The notes: generated by a model from the letters alone, not told the origin. A stretch of DNA of 33,074 bases from Leptolyngbyales cyanobacterium (GCA_038250345.1 JBBSCL010000001.1:1-33074); one strand, 5' to 3'; numbered from the stretch's first letter, positions 10,246 to 19,741 are shown. Numbers and translations: made by a program.

Positions 10246-12108
10246 ATGATCAACACCCTGATTCAGGCTCCTTTAAATCAAAGCAGCACTGCAACACTGT
10301 TGAGGATTCGTCACACCTGCGCTCATGTGCTGGCAATGGCAGTGCAAACGCTGTTTCCAGAAACCAAAGTGACGATCGGTCCTTGGACAGAAACGGGGTT
10401 CTACTATGACTTCGATCGCCAAGCACCCTTTACCCTAGAAAACTTGACCCAGATTGAAGCGGAGATGCGGCGAATTATTCAAGCTAATCTGCCCATTGTT
10501 CAGGAAGTGGGCGATCGAGAGCAAATTCGGACAGAAATTGAGCAACTCAACGAACCCTACAAACTGGAAATCCTCGACAGCATTCCCGTAGGTGAACCAA
10601 TTACCCGTTACTTCATCGGTTGCTTCGATACCCTGCAAGGCGTGTCAGAGCCTTCGTTGTTTCGCGTTTCTGCTGATGCTTTAGCGCAAAAAAATATTGG
10701 TAAAGATTGCTGGTGGGATTTGTGTGCGGGACCGCACCTCAATTACACGGGTGAGATCAATCCCGCTGCCTTTGCCCTGGAAAATGTTGCCGGAGCCTAC
10801 TGGCGCGGAGATGAAACCAAGCCGCAACTTCAACGCATTTACGGAACAGCCTGGGAAACTCCAGAACAATTGCAGGCTTACCTGATTCACAAAGAAGAAG
10901 CTAAGCGGCGCGATCATCGCAGGTTAGGACAAGCTCTGGACCTCTTCAGCATTCAAGACGATGCTGGAGGAGGGCTAGTCTTTTGGCATCCCAAAGGGGC
11001 GCGAATGCGCCTGCTGATTGAGGACTACTGGCGTAAAGCGCATCTAGATGCAGGTTACGAACTACTCTACACGCCCCACATTGCCAATCTCGATCTCTGG
11101 AAAACGTCGGGTCATTTCGACTTCTACCGCGACAATATGTTTGACCAGATGGAGATTGAGGCGCAGCAGTATCAGCTAAAGCCGGTGAACTGCCCGTTTC
11201 ATGTGCTGACGTATCAGAGTCATTTGCATTCCTATCGGGAGTTGCCGATTCGCTGGGCAGAGTTAGGCACCGTGTATCGCTATGAGAGATCGGGGGTGTT
11301 GCATGGTTTGATGCGGGTGCGTGGCTTCACCCAGGATGATGCTCACATTTTTTGTTTACCAAACCAGGTTGCGGATGAGATTTTGGGCGTATTGAACTTG
11401 ACGGAAACCATTCTGTCAGACTTTGGCTTTACTGAATACGAAGTGTATCTTTCAACCCGTCCGAGTAAATCTGTGGGCACGGATGACATTTGGGATTTAG
11501 CGACGATCGCATTAGTGCAAGCCTTGGATACGAAAGGCTGGGATTATGTGACTGATGAAGGTGGGGGGGCGTTTTATGGTCCCAAGATTGACATCAAAAT
11601 CAAGGATGCGATCGGTCGCTTATGGCAATGCTCCACGATTCAAGTCGATTTTAACTTGCCCGAACGATTTGACATGGAATATGTGGCAGCGGATGGTTCT
11701 CGTCAGCGCCCCATCATGATTCACCGTGCCATCTTCGGGTCATTAGAGCGATTTTTTGGCATCTTGATTGAAAACTATGCGGGGGATTTTCCGCTGTGGC
11801 TGGCTCCGGTGCAGGTGCGTCTGTTACCGGTGAGTGATGCCCATCGAGGCTATGCAGAAGCGATCGCCCAACAATTGAAACACCTAGGCTATCGGGTTGC
11901 GGTAGATGTGAGTGGCGATCGCCTGGGCAAACAAATTCGCACCGCCGAACTCGAAAAAATTCCCGTCGTTGCTGTCATCGGTAAACGCGAAGTGGAAAAC
12001 CAAACCTTGAGTGTGCGAACCCGTCAGGGAGGAGAACTCGGAGCGTTAACGCTAGCTGCACTGCACGAAAAAATGCAGCAGGTAATTGTCAACAAACAGC
12101 AGATTTAG
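10246..12108 (+). CDS. thrS: Threonyl-tRNA synthetase, probable Zur-regulated second copy (ThrRS-T2-like)
   Basis: RHTCAH and DLCAGPH editing motifs, RDHRRLG, KPVNCPFH, RVRGFTQDDAH, AFYGPKID and IHRAIFGS. Confidence 0.96.
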   Translation: MINTLIQAPLNQSSTATLLRIRHTCAHVLAMAVQTLFPETKVTIGPWTETGFYYDFDRQAPFTLENLTQIEAEMRRIIQANLPIVQEVGDREQIRTEIEQLNEPYKLEILDSIPVGEPITRYFIGCFDTLQGVSEPSLFRVSADALAQKNIGKDCWWDLCAGPHLNYTGEINPAAFALENVAGAYWRGDETKPQLQRIYGTAWETPEQLQAYLIHKEEAKRRDHRRLGQALDLFSIQDDAGGGLVFWHPKGARMRLLIEDYWRKAHLDAGYELLYTPHIANLDLWKTSGHFDFYRDNMFDQMEIEAQQYQLKPVNCPFHVLTYQSHLHSYRELPIRWAELGTVYRYERSGVLHGLMRVRGFTQDDAHIFCLPNQVADEILGVLNLTETILSDFGFTEYEVYLSTRPSKSVGTDDIWDLATIALVQALDTKGWDYVTDEGGGAFYGPKIDIKIKDAIGRLWQCSTIQVDFNLPERFDMEYVAADGSRQRPIMIHRAIFGSLERFFGILIENYAGDFPLWLAPVQVRLLPVSDAHRGYAEAIAQQLKHLGYRVAVDVSGDRLGKQIRTAELEKIPVVAVIGKREVENQTLSVRTRQGGELGALTLAALHEKMQQVIVNKQQI

Positions 12109-12120
12109 GTCAGGAGAACC

Positions 12121-12486
12121 ATGAAAGTTGCTTACGTTTTTAGTACATCTGGACATACCGCAGACTACAAGCTGGGGCAAATGATCTTGCCGCAGTTAAA
12201 AGAAAATAATCATGGTGCAGAAGTCGTCGGGATGTTTTTCTTTGACGACAACACTTACTGTCTGCATCAGGGAAGCCCGATTGGCGAACGACTCGCCACG
12301 GTTGCCAGGGAAAAGAACATTTTGTTGATGATGTGCGATCGCTGTGCGCTGTCACGCGGATTGGCAAAAGGTGAACCCGGTAACTGCACCCCAACGGGCA
12401 CCGTTGAAGGCGTTCAGGTCGGCTGTTTTCCAGACCTGTATGCTGCTTTGGCTGGCAATCCGCTCGATCACATCATCACCATTTAG
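12121..12486 (+). CDS. DsrE-related (SaoD-like) small protein
   Basis: EVVGMFFFDDN, CDRCALSRG and GCFPDLY. GGAG RBS 12 bp after the thrS stop. Confidence 0.7.
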   Translation: MKVAYVFSTSGHTADYKLGQMILPQLKENNHGAEVVGMFFFDDNTYCLHQGSPIGERLATVAREKNILLMMCDRCALSRGLAKGEPGNCTPTGTVEGVQVGCFPDLYAALAGNPLDHIITI

Positions 12487-12536
12487 CCGTTATGATAAAC
12501 GACGATCTCAGATGTTACTAGGGAGACAGGAGGAAC

Positions 12537-13109
12537 GTGAACAATACAACTCACCATGCTTTGGTTGCAGACCAACCCCTCTGGACAACTCAATGGCAGG
12601 CGATCGCCCATAGCAGAATCTGGTTCATGTCCTTTCTCGCGATCGGTGCCTTCAGCAGTGTGATTTATCCCCATCCGCCGCTCGTAGCATTTGGAGCGAT
12701 CGCCGGAACCACACTCAAACCCAAGCCAGCTATTTTGGTTGCCATGCTGATCTGGTTGCTGAATCAAGTTTATGGTTACACACTGCGACAGTATCCCTGG
12801 ACAGCAGGTTCTTTGCTTTGGGGACTGATGATGGGGTTGGGGATACTCGTTGTCACGTTATTGGCATCGCTCCGTCCTCCGTTTAGTCAAAAGACGGTGA
12901 AAGGTCACTGCCTGTGGTTTGGAGCAGTTGCCCTAATTGGCTTTACGGCATTTGAAAGTTTGATTCTGGCACTCGATTGGTTGCTAACGGGCAGCCACAT
13001 ATTGGCCTGGGCGATCACTCGCAGCCTATTAATCAAAGAGGGCGTTTGGGCGATCGGACTCATGCTCATGCACCTTTCCTTAACCCGTTTCACCCGTCCA
13101 GTCCATTAA
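12537..13109 (+). CDS. Hypothetical integral membrane protein (about 5-6 TM)
   Basis: AGGAGG RBS before GTG. Hydrophobic segments with YPHPP and WLLNQVYGY. Confidence 0.75.
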   Translation: MNNTTHHALVADQPLWTTQWQAIAHSRIWFMSFLAIGAFSSVIYPHPPLVAFGAIAGTTLKPKPAILVAMLIWLLNQVYGYTLRQYPWTAGSLLWGLMMGLGILVVTLLASLRPPFSQKTVKGHCLWFGAVALIGFTAFESLILALDWLLTGSHILAWAITRSLLIKEGVWAIGLMLMHLSLTRFTRPVH

Positions 13110-13163
13110 CTCCCAATCACCCTCCCCCCTTCACTTCCCCATTTCTTCACCCCTTCACCTCTT
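13110..13163. repeat. Pyrimidine-rich short tandem repeats (STRR-like)
   Basis: Degenerate CCCCTTCAC-type units between genes. Confidence 0.45.
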
Positions 13164-13412
13164 ATGAATCTATTCTCCCAGAACAAACCAAAAGCTGACC
13201 CAGAGCAGGTTCAGCAGATCAAAAGCTGGGTCTACCGCATTCTAGAAGTGGATGCTGGAATTCCGATTTCCATTAGTCAACTTGCCTGTAAAGAACCGGG
13301 TTGTCCTCCAATTGAAACCGTGATTGCTGTGATGACTCATCCAGTGCAGCAATACAAAATTCACAAAGCTGTAAACGAGATTGACGAAATAGATATTTGT
13401 CGATTGACTTGA
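13164..13412 (+). CDS. Small putative metal-binding protein (CxEPGCPPxET motif)
   Basis: LACKEPGCPPIETVI. Sits in operon position. Confidence 0.72.
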   Translation: MNLFSQNKPKADPEQVQQIKSWVYRILEVDAGIPISISQLACKEPGCPPIETVIAVMTHPVQQYKIHKAVNEIDEIDICRLT

Positions 13413-13461
13413 GTGTTCTAGTTGATGTGTGGAGATCGTAAGTAATTCTGTGAATTAAATC

Positions 13462-13851
13462 ATGGCTCAATATGTTTTATTTGTGTGCAAGTCCTGTGCG
13501 TTTTCATCGACGCAACGAGACTATATGGGACAACGGGGTGGCTATCACTTACTGCAAAGCTTATTACGTCTGCAACAACAGTGGACACTCCAAACTGAGT
13601 ACAAAATTGAGGCAGTCGATTGTTTGAGTGGCTGTAATCGGGCTTGTGCGATCGCCCTCGCTGCACCTCAGAAAACCACTCTAATGTTTGGTGATTTGCC
13701 TCCTCTGCAAAGTGCCTCAGCGATTTTGCAACTGGCAGAACAATACCATGCTATTCCAGATGGCATGGTTCCCCGCCAAGAACGTCCTGATGCCCTCAAG
13801 AAGGGAGTTTTAGCGAGAATTCCGCCTTTACAAAATTTCAGTAGTTCTTGA
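13462..13851 (+). CDS. DUF1636-family Cys-rich thioredoxin-like metal-binding protein
   Basis: LFVCKSC, VDCLSGCNRACAIA, FGDL, DGMVP..ERP and LARIPP. Confidence 0.85.
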   Translation: MAQYVLFVCKSCAFSSTQRDYMGQRGGYHLLQSLLRLQQQWTLQTEYKIEAVDCLSGCNRACAIALAAPQKTTLMFGDLPPLQSASAILQLAEQYHAIPDGMVPRQERPDALKKGVLARIPPLQNFSSS

Positions 13852-13852
13852 C

Positions 13853-13875
13853 TTATTGAGAAAGATTAGCAATAA
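13853..13875. promoter_or_regulatory. Fur(iron)-type box upstream of the feoA-like gene
   Basis: TTATTGAGAAAGATTAGCAATAA (TTATTG/CAATAA arms). It shares TTGAGAAAGATT with the box upstream of the receptor gene at 28211-28230. Confidence 0.55.
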
Positions 13876-14016
13876 TTAGACGTAGATAATCTCAGAGAGG
13901 GGTTAGCTCACTCCAGCCGAATACAAGTCATCCATGATTGATCTTGCTTCAGCGAGCAGTCTAAATTTTCTTGACAATCTTTGCATTAACTCTGAACTCA
14001 AGCGGGACATCGACTT

Positions 14017-14424
14017 ATGAGCGGTAGTTGGCAGAACTATGAGGGCTGGGGCTTTACATTTATTGGTGGCAGGTTAGAGCGAGAAGCCTTTCCCAGCCCT
14101 GAGTTTGAGGTCGATCAGAATCCCAACTGGATTCAGCCGTCTTCTCAATCTTCGATTGAAGATAACCTGTTCCCAATCTCTAGAGCATCTGTGGGCGATC
14201 GCCTGTTGATTCAAAGACTACAGAGAACATCAAGTCAGATGTGTTCTCTCACGAAAATGGGATGCAACTGTGGTGTGGAAGTTCAGGTCATGAGTCGGAA
14301 TCCCAGCGGGTCTGTTGTTATCCAGATCGGTTCTGCCCAACTTGGCATCGGAGCCGAACTAACGGACAGAATTCTAGTTAGTGTCTGTGGGTATCAGGCT
14401 GGCGATGATGTCCTGAATCGCTGA
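14017..14424 (+). CDS. feoA: FeoA-domain protein with N-terminal extension
   Basis: FPISRASVGDRLLI...LTKMG..GVEVQV..PSGSVVIQIG..LGIG....RILV SH3-like pattern. Confidence 0.75.
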   Translation: MSGSWQNYEGWGFTFIGGRLEREAFPSPEFEVDQNPNWIQPSSQSSIEDNLFPISRASVGDRLLIQRLQRTSSQMCSLTKMGCNCGVEVQVMSRNPSGSVVIQIGSAQLGIGAELTDRILVSVCGYQAGDDVLNR

Positions 14425-14522
14425 TTGCCCACAGGTTCACCCTTTTTGAAGCTTTATTAATTGCGGGTCAATAGAGAGGACAACACTGGAATCGCTATCA
14501 ACGTCAACCTTTTGGAGTCCCT

Positions 14523-14759
14523 ATGGCTACCTGTCCTTGCTGTACCGATACGCTCCTCCGCCATGCTCGAGGCGCTGGCATTTACTGGTTTTGCCCTCAC
14601 TGCCACCAGGAAATGCCGAATTTTAGTTCGGCAACTCGGCTGTCACAGCCTACACTCCATCACGCCTCCACTCTAAGATCTTGCCTTCCTCCACACTCGC
14701 TTGGGTGGCTTGCTACTAAAAGTCTTCACTCCATTAACGAAGATAGTATCGTTCACTAA
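14523..14759 (+). CDS. Small cyanobacterial zinc-ribbon-like protein
   Basis: CPCCTDTLLRH..YWFCPHCHQEMP, with GGAG upstream. Confidence 0.7.
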   Translation: MATCPCCTDTLLRHARGAGIYWFCPHCHQEMPNFSSATRLSQPTLHHASTLRSCLPPHSLGWLATKSLHSINEDSIVH

Positions 14760-15059
14760 TTCCTTTGCCATCATCGGAATCAGTCGCTTCAGATTAATGC
14801 TGTAGTTACTTTGCCAGAACTCTGACAATTTCGCCTTGGCAGATTCATTCACAAACACCGTTTTATCAGGCATGATCAGCACCATTGCCACATGCCCTGA
14901 ATTTTCTGTCACTGCAAAGACAAACTCATCCTGGTCGGCTTTTAGCCCCTCGTACCAGCAATCAATATGCTCCTCTAGCTCAAATTCATAGAGGGAATAT
15001 TCCATCTTGTCGTCTTGCAGCAAGGCTTTGTGGAGAAGCGTTGCGATCTCTTTGCTCAT
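14673..15059 (-). CDS. Hypothetical protein (start probably 15059)
   Basis: 128-aa globular-looking ORF from ATG 15059. No family recognised. Confidence 0.55.
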   Translation of the reverse strand: MSKEIATLLHKALLQDDKMEYSLYEFELEEHIDCWYEGLKADQDEFVFAVTENSGHVAMVLIMPDKTVFVNESAKAKLSEFWQSNYSINLKRLIPMMAKELVNDTIFVNGVKTFSSKPPKRVWRKARS

Positions 15060-15170
15060 AATTTGACTCTTGCACATAGAGTTTTGCTGATTGTATCGAA
15101 TGCTGCTGTGAGGCGAAGGGCTAAATATTAGTTGCAAAGCGCTTCAGTTTCCCATCATAATCCTGTATCA

Positions 15171-15185
15171 TGAGAATGATTATCA
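15171..15185. promoter_or_regulatory. Zur box upstream of the sufE-COG0523-folE-hisI operon
   Basis: TGAGAATGATTATCA, identical to 10219-10233. Confidence 0.9.
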
Positions 15186-15216
15186 TTTCAATGTCTGCGG
15201 TTCATCTCTCTAGACA

Positions 15217-15666
15217 ATGCCTAATCCCTCAGCCACCATTCCTCTTACCTTAGAACGGCTGGTGCAACGCTTTCAGCAGGTATCTGACCCCAAGCGAAAG
15301 TACGAGCATCTGCTCTGTCTTACCAAACGGTTGCCAGAATTTCCAGCATCCGCAAAAGTGGCAGCCAACAAAGTTATGGGCTGTGTGTCGCAAGTCTACA
15401 TCACTGCCAGATTAGAAGATGGCAAGGTTGCGTTTCAGGGCGACTCGGATGCCCAGATCACAAAAGGACTGGTGGCACTGCTGATTGAGGGACTGAACGG
15501 ATCGGCTCCGCTAGAAATCCAGCAACTCACGCCCGACTTCATCAAGATAACCGGATTTGATATCAGCCTCACGCCCTCTCGCAGTAACGGGTTTTACAAC
15601 ATTTTCCAATTTATGCAGCGCAAAGCTACGGCATGTCAGTTTGCTGATGTACCTTCATTGCATTAG
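15217..15666 (+). CDS. sufE: SufE-family sulfur acceptor
   Basis: KVMGCVSQVY, GDSDAQITKGL and LTPSRSNGF. Confidence 0.92.
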   Translation: MPNPSATIPLTLERLVQRFQQVSDPKRKYEHLLCLTKRLPEFPASAKVAANKVMGCVSQVYITARLEDGKVAFQGDSDAQITKGLVALLIEGLNGSAPLEIQQLTPDFIKITGFDISLTPSRSNGFYNIFQFMQRKATACQFADVPSLH

Positions 15667-15779
15667 GAGTAGTGGTGTATCAAACAATAGTTGATGAGTA
15701 AGGTTTTCGCGAAATGCTTTCTAAGTAACGCTTTTAGAGATATAAGCCCCATCATCTAATCATTGGAAGACCAGTAGTT

Positions 15780-16826
15780 ATGACCGATACCATTGTCCAG
15801 GTTCGTCCAGCATCCGTTACGCTTCCCAGACGAGGAATACCTGTCACAATTATCACAGGCTTTTTGGGCAGTGGTAAAACGACCCTGCTCAATCACATTT
15901 TGAGTAATCGTCAAGGCTTAAAGGTGGCGGTGATTGTGAATGAGTTTGGCGACCTTCACATCGACTCCCAATTATTAGTATCGATCGATGAAAATATGGT
16001 GCAACTGGGCAATGGCTGTATTTGCTGCACCATCAATCAGAGCTTAGTCGATACGGTATACGAATTGGTCGATCGCGATGATGCAGTGGACTACATCGTG
16101 ATTGAAACTACAGGAATTGCTGATCCATTGCCGATCATGCTGAGTTTTATTAGCACCGATCTGCAATCAGTCACGCATATTGACTCGATTCTGACGGTGA
16201 TTGATGCAGAATCCTTCACGCCGAATCACTACGACAGCGAAGCTGCACTGAACCAGTTGATTTATGGTGACATTATCTTACTGAACAAAATCGATCTGGT
16301 CACACCCGATCGCGTTGACGAATTAGAAACCTATATTCGCTCCATCAAGCCGGGTGCCAGGGTGATTCAGACCCAGCATGGACAAGTACCATTGCCGTTG
16401 ATTTTAGATGTCGGATTTAATGACTCTAATTCCTATCTCAATCTCTCTCAAGCCGACCATCCAAGCCATCATGAGCATCATTCTCACCATTTACAGAATG
16501 ATGGATTTATGACAGTTTCCTTTGAGAGCGATTCGCTTCCAGAGAGGCTTCGCCAACGCCCCTTTGACTTGCCCAAATTTCAAACCTTCCTCGACAATCT
16601 ACCCTCGAATATTTACCGTGCGAAGGGAATTCTCTGGTTTCAGGGCAGCCAATTACGTCATGTGTTTCAACTGAGTGGCAAGCGGTGTGATTTAAAGGGC
16701 GTTCATGCAATGTCTCTGCAAGCGAATCGTTCACAACCACCAGATTGTAACCAACTCGTGTTTATTGGACGAAACTTGAATGCCCTCGAAATTGAGCAGC
16801 AATTAACTAACTGTATTGCGATTTAG
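15780..16826 (+). CDS. COG0523 (CobW/ZigA-type) G3E GTPase no. 1
   Basis: [26 protein letters not shown], a short His tract and RAKG. Confidence 0.95.
   Translation: MTDTIVQVRPASVTLPRRGIPVTIITGFLGSGKTTLLNHILSNRQGLKVAVIVNEFGDLHIDSQLLVSIDENMVQLGNGCICCTINQSLVDTVYELVDRDDAVDYIVIETTGIADPLPIMLSFISTDLQSVTHIDSILTVIDAESFTPNHYDSEAALNQLIYGDIILLNKIDLVTPDRVDELETYIRSIKPGARVIQTQHGQVPLPLILDVGFNDSNSYLNLSQADHPSHHEHHSHHLQNDGFMTVSFESDSLPERLRQRPFDLPKFQTFLDNLPSNIYRAKGILWFQGSQLRHVFQLSGKRCDLKGVHAMSLQANRSQPPDCNQLVFIGRNLNALEIEQQLTNCIAI
16533..16556. mobile_element. 24-nt small dispersed repeat inserted in a HIP1 site
   Basis: GCGAT[TCGCTTCCAGAGAGGCTTCGCCAA]CGC. Both paralogues have an intact GCGATCGC (SDRP) here. Confidence 0.8.
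16695..16718. repeat. Second 24-nt in-frame insertion, degenerate REP-like palindrome
   Basis: AAGGGCGTTCATGCAATGTCTCTG adds 8 aa (KGVHAMSL) relative to both paralogues. Confidence 0.5.
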
Positions 16827-16854
16827 CATCAACATTTTTAACTGAGGAATCAAT

Positions 16855-17934
16855 ATGACGAGCACCTTGACTGAAACTACTACCGCCTCTCTAGAAATTC
16901 CTAAACGAGGAATGCCTGTCACCATCATCACGGGCTTTTTGGGTAGTGGTAAAACGACATTGCTGAATCACATTTTGAGCGATCGTCAAAATCTAAAAGT
17001 TGCGGTCTTAGTCAATGAGTTTGGTGACATTAATATCGACAGTCAGTTACTCGTGTCGATGGATGAAGATATGGTAGAACTCAGCAATGGCTGCATTTGC
17101 TGCACCATTAATGATGGGTTGGTGGATGCCGTTTATCGAGTGCTGGAACGAGATGATCAGGTCGATTACATGGTGATTGAAACGACCGGAGTGGCTGATC
17201 CGCTGCCGATTATTCTGACGTTTTTAGGAACGGAACTGCGGGATATGACTCGGTTGGATTCGATCGTCACGATGGTCGATTCTGAAACTTTCACCCCCGA
17301 TCACTTCGATAGCGAAGCGGCGTTCAAACAAATTGCCTACGCCGATGTCACTATTTTGAATAAGACCGATCTAGCAGATCCAGATCAGGTTAAGAACTTA
17401 GAAGCCTATATTGGCACAGTCAAGGAAGGTGCCAGAATCCTCCATAGTCAACATGGTCAGGTGCCGTTGCCGCTAATTTTGGATGTAGGCTACAACAATC
17501 CAGAAGCCTATGCCGATTTAGTCCAGGAAGAGATTGAGCAATCTCAGCAGGATCATCCGCATACAGAACATCACCACGAGCATGATGATCACCATCATCA
17601 CGATGATCATCATGCTCACGAACATCACCACCATCACTCTGATCATCTGGACAATGATGGGTTTGTGTCGATCTCCTTTGAGAGCGATCGCCCCTTTAAT
17701 GTGAAAAAGTTTGAGACCTTCTTACAAGAACATTTGCCCAAGGAAGTCTTCCGGGCAAAAGGCATTCTCTGGTTTAGCGAAAGTGACCTACGCAACGTCT
17801 TTCAACTCAGCGGTCCTCGTTTTGACTTGCAAGGAGAAGAATGGCGAACTTCTCCTAAGAACCAGCTTGTCTTTATCGGGCGTAACCTGAATGCTGATGA
17901 ACTGCGGCAGCATCTAGCAAATTGTCTCGCCTGA
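16855..17934 (+). CDS. COG0523 G3E GTPase no. 2 with long His-rich linker
   Basis: [18 protein letters not shown] and the linker DHPHTEHHHEHDDHHHHDDHHAHEHHHHHSDH. Confidence 0.96.
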   Translation: MTSTLTETTTASLEIPKRGMPVTIITGFLGSGKTTLLNHILSDRQNLKVAVLVNEFGDINIDSQLLVSMDEDMVELSNGCICCTINDGLVDAVYRVLERDDQVDYMVIETTGVADPLPIILTFLGTELRDMTRLDSIVTMVDSETFTPDHFDSEAAFKQIAYADVTILNKTDLADPDQVKNLEAYIGTVKEGARILHSQHGQVPLPLILDVGYNNPEAYADLVQEEIEQSQQDHPHTEHHHEHDDHHHHDDHHAHEHHHHHSDHLDNDGFVSISFESDRPFNVKKFETFLQEHLPKEVFRAKGILWFSESDLRNVFQLSGPRFDLQGEEWRTSPKNQLVFIGRNLNADELRQHLANCLA

Positions 17935-18030
17935 TCCATCGTCTTACAGCAGTTCAGTCGTCTGTTGAAAGGAGGGACATACCGCGTGCCCTATTTCTAC
18001 GGCTGATGATCACTTAACCCAAATTCACTC

Positions 18031-18669
18031 ATGACTCTATCAATCTCACCCGACGATATCCGCAAGCAACTGATCAGCACTGAAGCTAAATCCCCCGTTT
18101 CTGAAGCAGAAATGCAGCAAGCCGTTCGCACCTTGCTGCTCGGCATGGGTGAAGACCCCGATCGCGAAGGACTACGCGATACGCCCAAACGGGTGGTCAA
18201 AGCCCTCAAATTCCTCACCTCTGGCTATCAGCAATCGCTGGATGAATTGCTCAACGGAGCCGTATTCCATGAAGATGCCAGCGAAATGGTGCTAGTGCGC
18301 GACATTGATCTGTTCAGCTCCTGCGAACACCATATTCTTCCCATCATTGGACGTGCCCATGTTGCCTATATTCCAAACGGCAAGGTGATCGGCTTATCCA
18401 AAATTGCCCGGATTTGTGAGATGTATGCCCGTCGCTTGCAGGTGCAGGAACGGTTGACTCATCAAATTGCTGAAGCCCTGCAAGGCTTGCTCAAACCTCA
18501 AGGTGTGGCGGTGGTGATTGAAGCCACTCACATGTGTATGGTCATGCGCGGTGTTCAGAAACCCGGTTCTTGGACGGTGACGAGTTCGATGAAAGGGGCA
18601 TTTGCCGATGATGCTCGTACTCGCCAAGAGTTTATGAGCCTAATTCGCCACACACCAGCGTTTCATTAA
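18031..18669 (+). CDS. folE: GTP cyclohydrolase IA
   Basis: [31 protein letters not shown] and HMCMVMRGV. Confidence 0.96.
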   Translation: MTLSISPDDIRKQLISTEAKSPVSEAEMQQAVRTLLLGMGEDPDREGLRDTPKRVVKALKFLTSGYQQSLDELLNGAVFHEDASEMVLVRDIDLFSSCEHHILPIIGRAHVAYIPNGKVIGLSKIARICEMYARRLQVQERLTHQIAEALQGLLKPQGVAVVIEATHMCMVMRGVQKPGSWTVTSSMKGAFADDARTRQEFMSLIRHTPAFH

Positions 18670-18670
18670 G

Positions 18671-18772
18671 GAGTAGATGGGTGGAGGGTAGATGGGTCAC
18701 TCATCCAATCATCCGCACTTCACTCCTCTGCTCATCCACACTTCCACCCATCCACTTCCCTACTCTCTCCCC
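18671..18772. repeat. Purine/pyrimidine mirror short tandem repeats (STRR-like hairpin)
   Basis: GTAGATGGGT occurs twice, followed by complementary CATCCA/CACTTC units. Confidence 0.55.
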
Positions 18773-18778
18773 TGATTC

Positions 18779-19741
18779 ATGTTTGATCTCTTAAGTTCTG
18801 ACACTAAACTTCCTGTAACAATCATTACGGGCTTTTTAGGCAGCGGTAAAACCACGCTGTTGAACCACATTCTGCAAAACTTTGAGCACTACAAAGTAGC
18901 TGTTTTAGTCAATGAGTTTGGCGATATTAACATTGACAGTCAGTTCTTGATTGCCGTTGAGGAAGACATGATTGAACTGACGAATGGCTGCATCTGCTGC
19001 ACCATCAATGATAATTTAGCGGATGCTATCTATCGAGTGTTGGAGCGTCAAGACCGGATTGATTATCTGATCGTTGAAACAACAGGGGTTGCCGATCCGT
19101 TACCCATTGCCTTAACGTTTTTAGGCACAGAGTTGCGAAATTTAACTCATTTGGATGCGATTTTGACGGTGGTTGATGTTGAGACGTTCACTCCAGCACA
19201 CTATTTTAGTAGTGCTGCCATGAGCCAGATTACCTATAGCGATATTATCCTATTCAATAAAACAGATTTGGTTCCTGATGTGGAAGTAGCCGCATTGGAA
19301 AATAATATCCGCTCGATTAAAGAAAACGCCAGAATTTTGCGCTCTGAATATGGCAGGGTGCCGCTCTCGTTGATTCTAGATGTCAATCTTGCTGAATTAG
19401 GTTCTGCCGTGGAAACGCTAACAGCACCCGCACCCAATGCCAAACATCTCAATCATGATGGGTTTATGTCGGTATCATTCCAGAGCGATCGCCCCCTAGC
19501 CATCAAAAAATTTCAACAGTTCCTCGATCATCGGCTTCCCGACACTGTGTTTCGGGCAAAGGGCATTCTCTGGTTTGTCGAAAGTCCTAAACGCCATTTA
19601 TTTCAACTCAGCGGTAAGCGCTTCACCCTTGACGATAGTGAGTGGACGACTGCTCCCAAAAATCAGATAGTATTGATTGGGCGCAAATTAGATTCACTCT
19701 TTCTCATTCAAAGTTTGAATAATTGTCTTACCCGGTCATGA
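18779..19741 (+). CDS. COG0523 G3E GTPase no. 3, lacking a His tract
   Basis: [18 protein letters not shown] and FRAKG. Confidence 0.95.
   Translation: MFDLLSSDTKLPVTIITGFLGSGKTTLLNHILQNFEHYKVAVLVNEFGDINIDSQFLIAVEEDMIELTNGCICCTINDNLADAIYRVLERQDRIDYLIVETTGVADPLPIALTFLGTELRNLTHLDAILTVVDVETFTPAHYFSSAAMSQITYSDIILFNKTDLVPDVEVAALENNIRSIKENARILRSEYGRVPLSLILDVNLAELGSAVETLTAPAPNAKHLNHDGFMSVSFQSDRPLAIKKFQQFLDHRLPDTVFRAKGILWFVESPKRHLFQLSGKRFTLDDSEWTTAPKNQIVLIGRKLDSLFLIQSLNNCLTRS

Noticed and set aside
10218-10409. Short ORF starting MRMIIII as a leader peptide
   Set aside because: It is just the Zur box translated (the same peptide appears at 21104) and overlaps thrS out of frame.
13876-14016. Possible riboswitch or sRNA in the longer intergenic region
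   Set aside because: No cobalamin-box or other recognisable motif was seen. A covariance-model search would be needed.
17550-17646. CAT/CAC-rich repeat as a DNA element
   Set aside because: Explained by the His-rich linker of the COG0523 protein.
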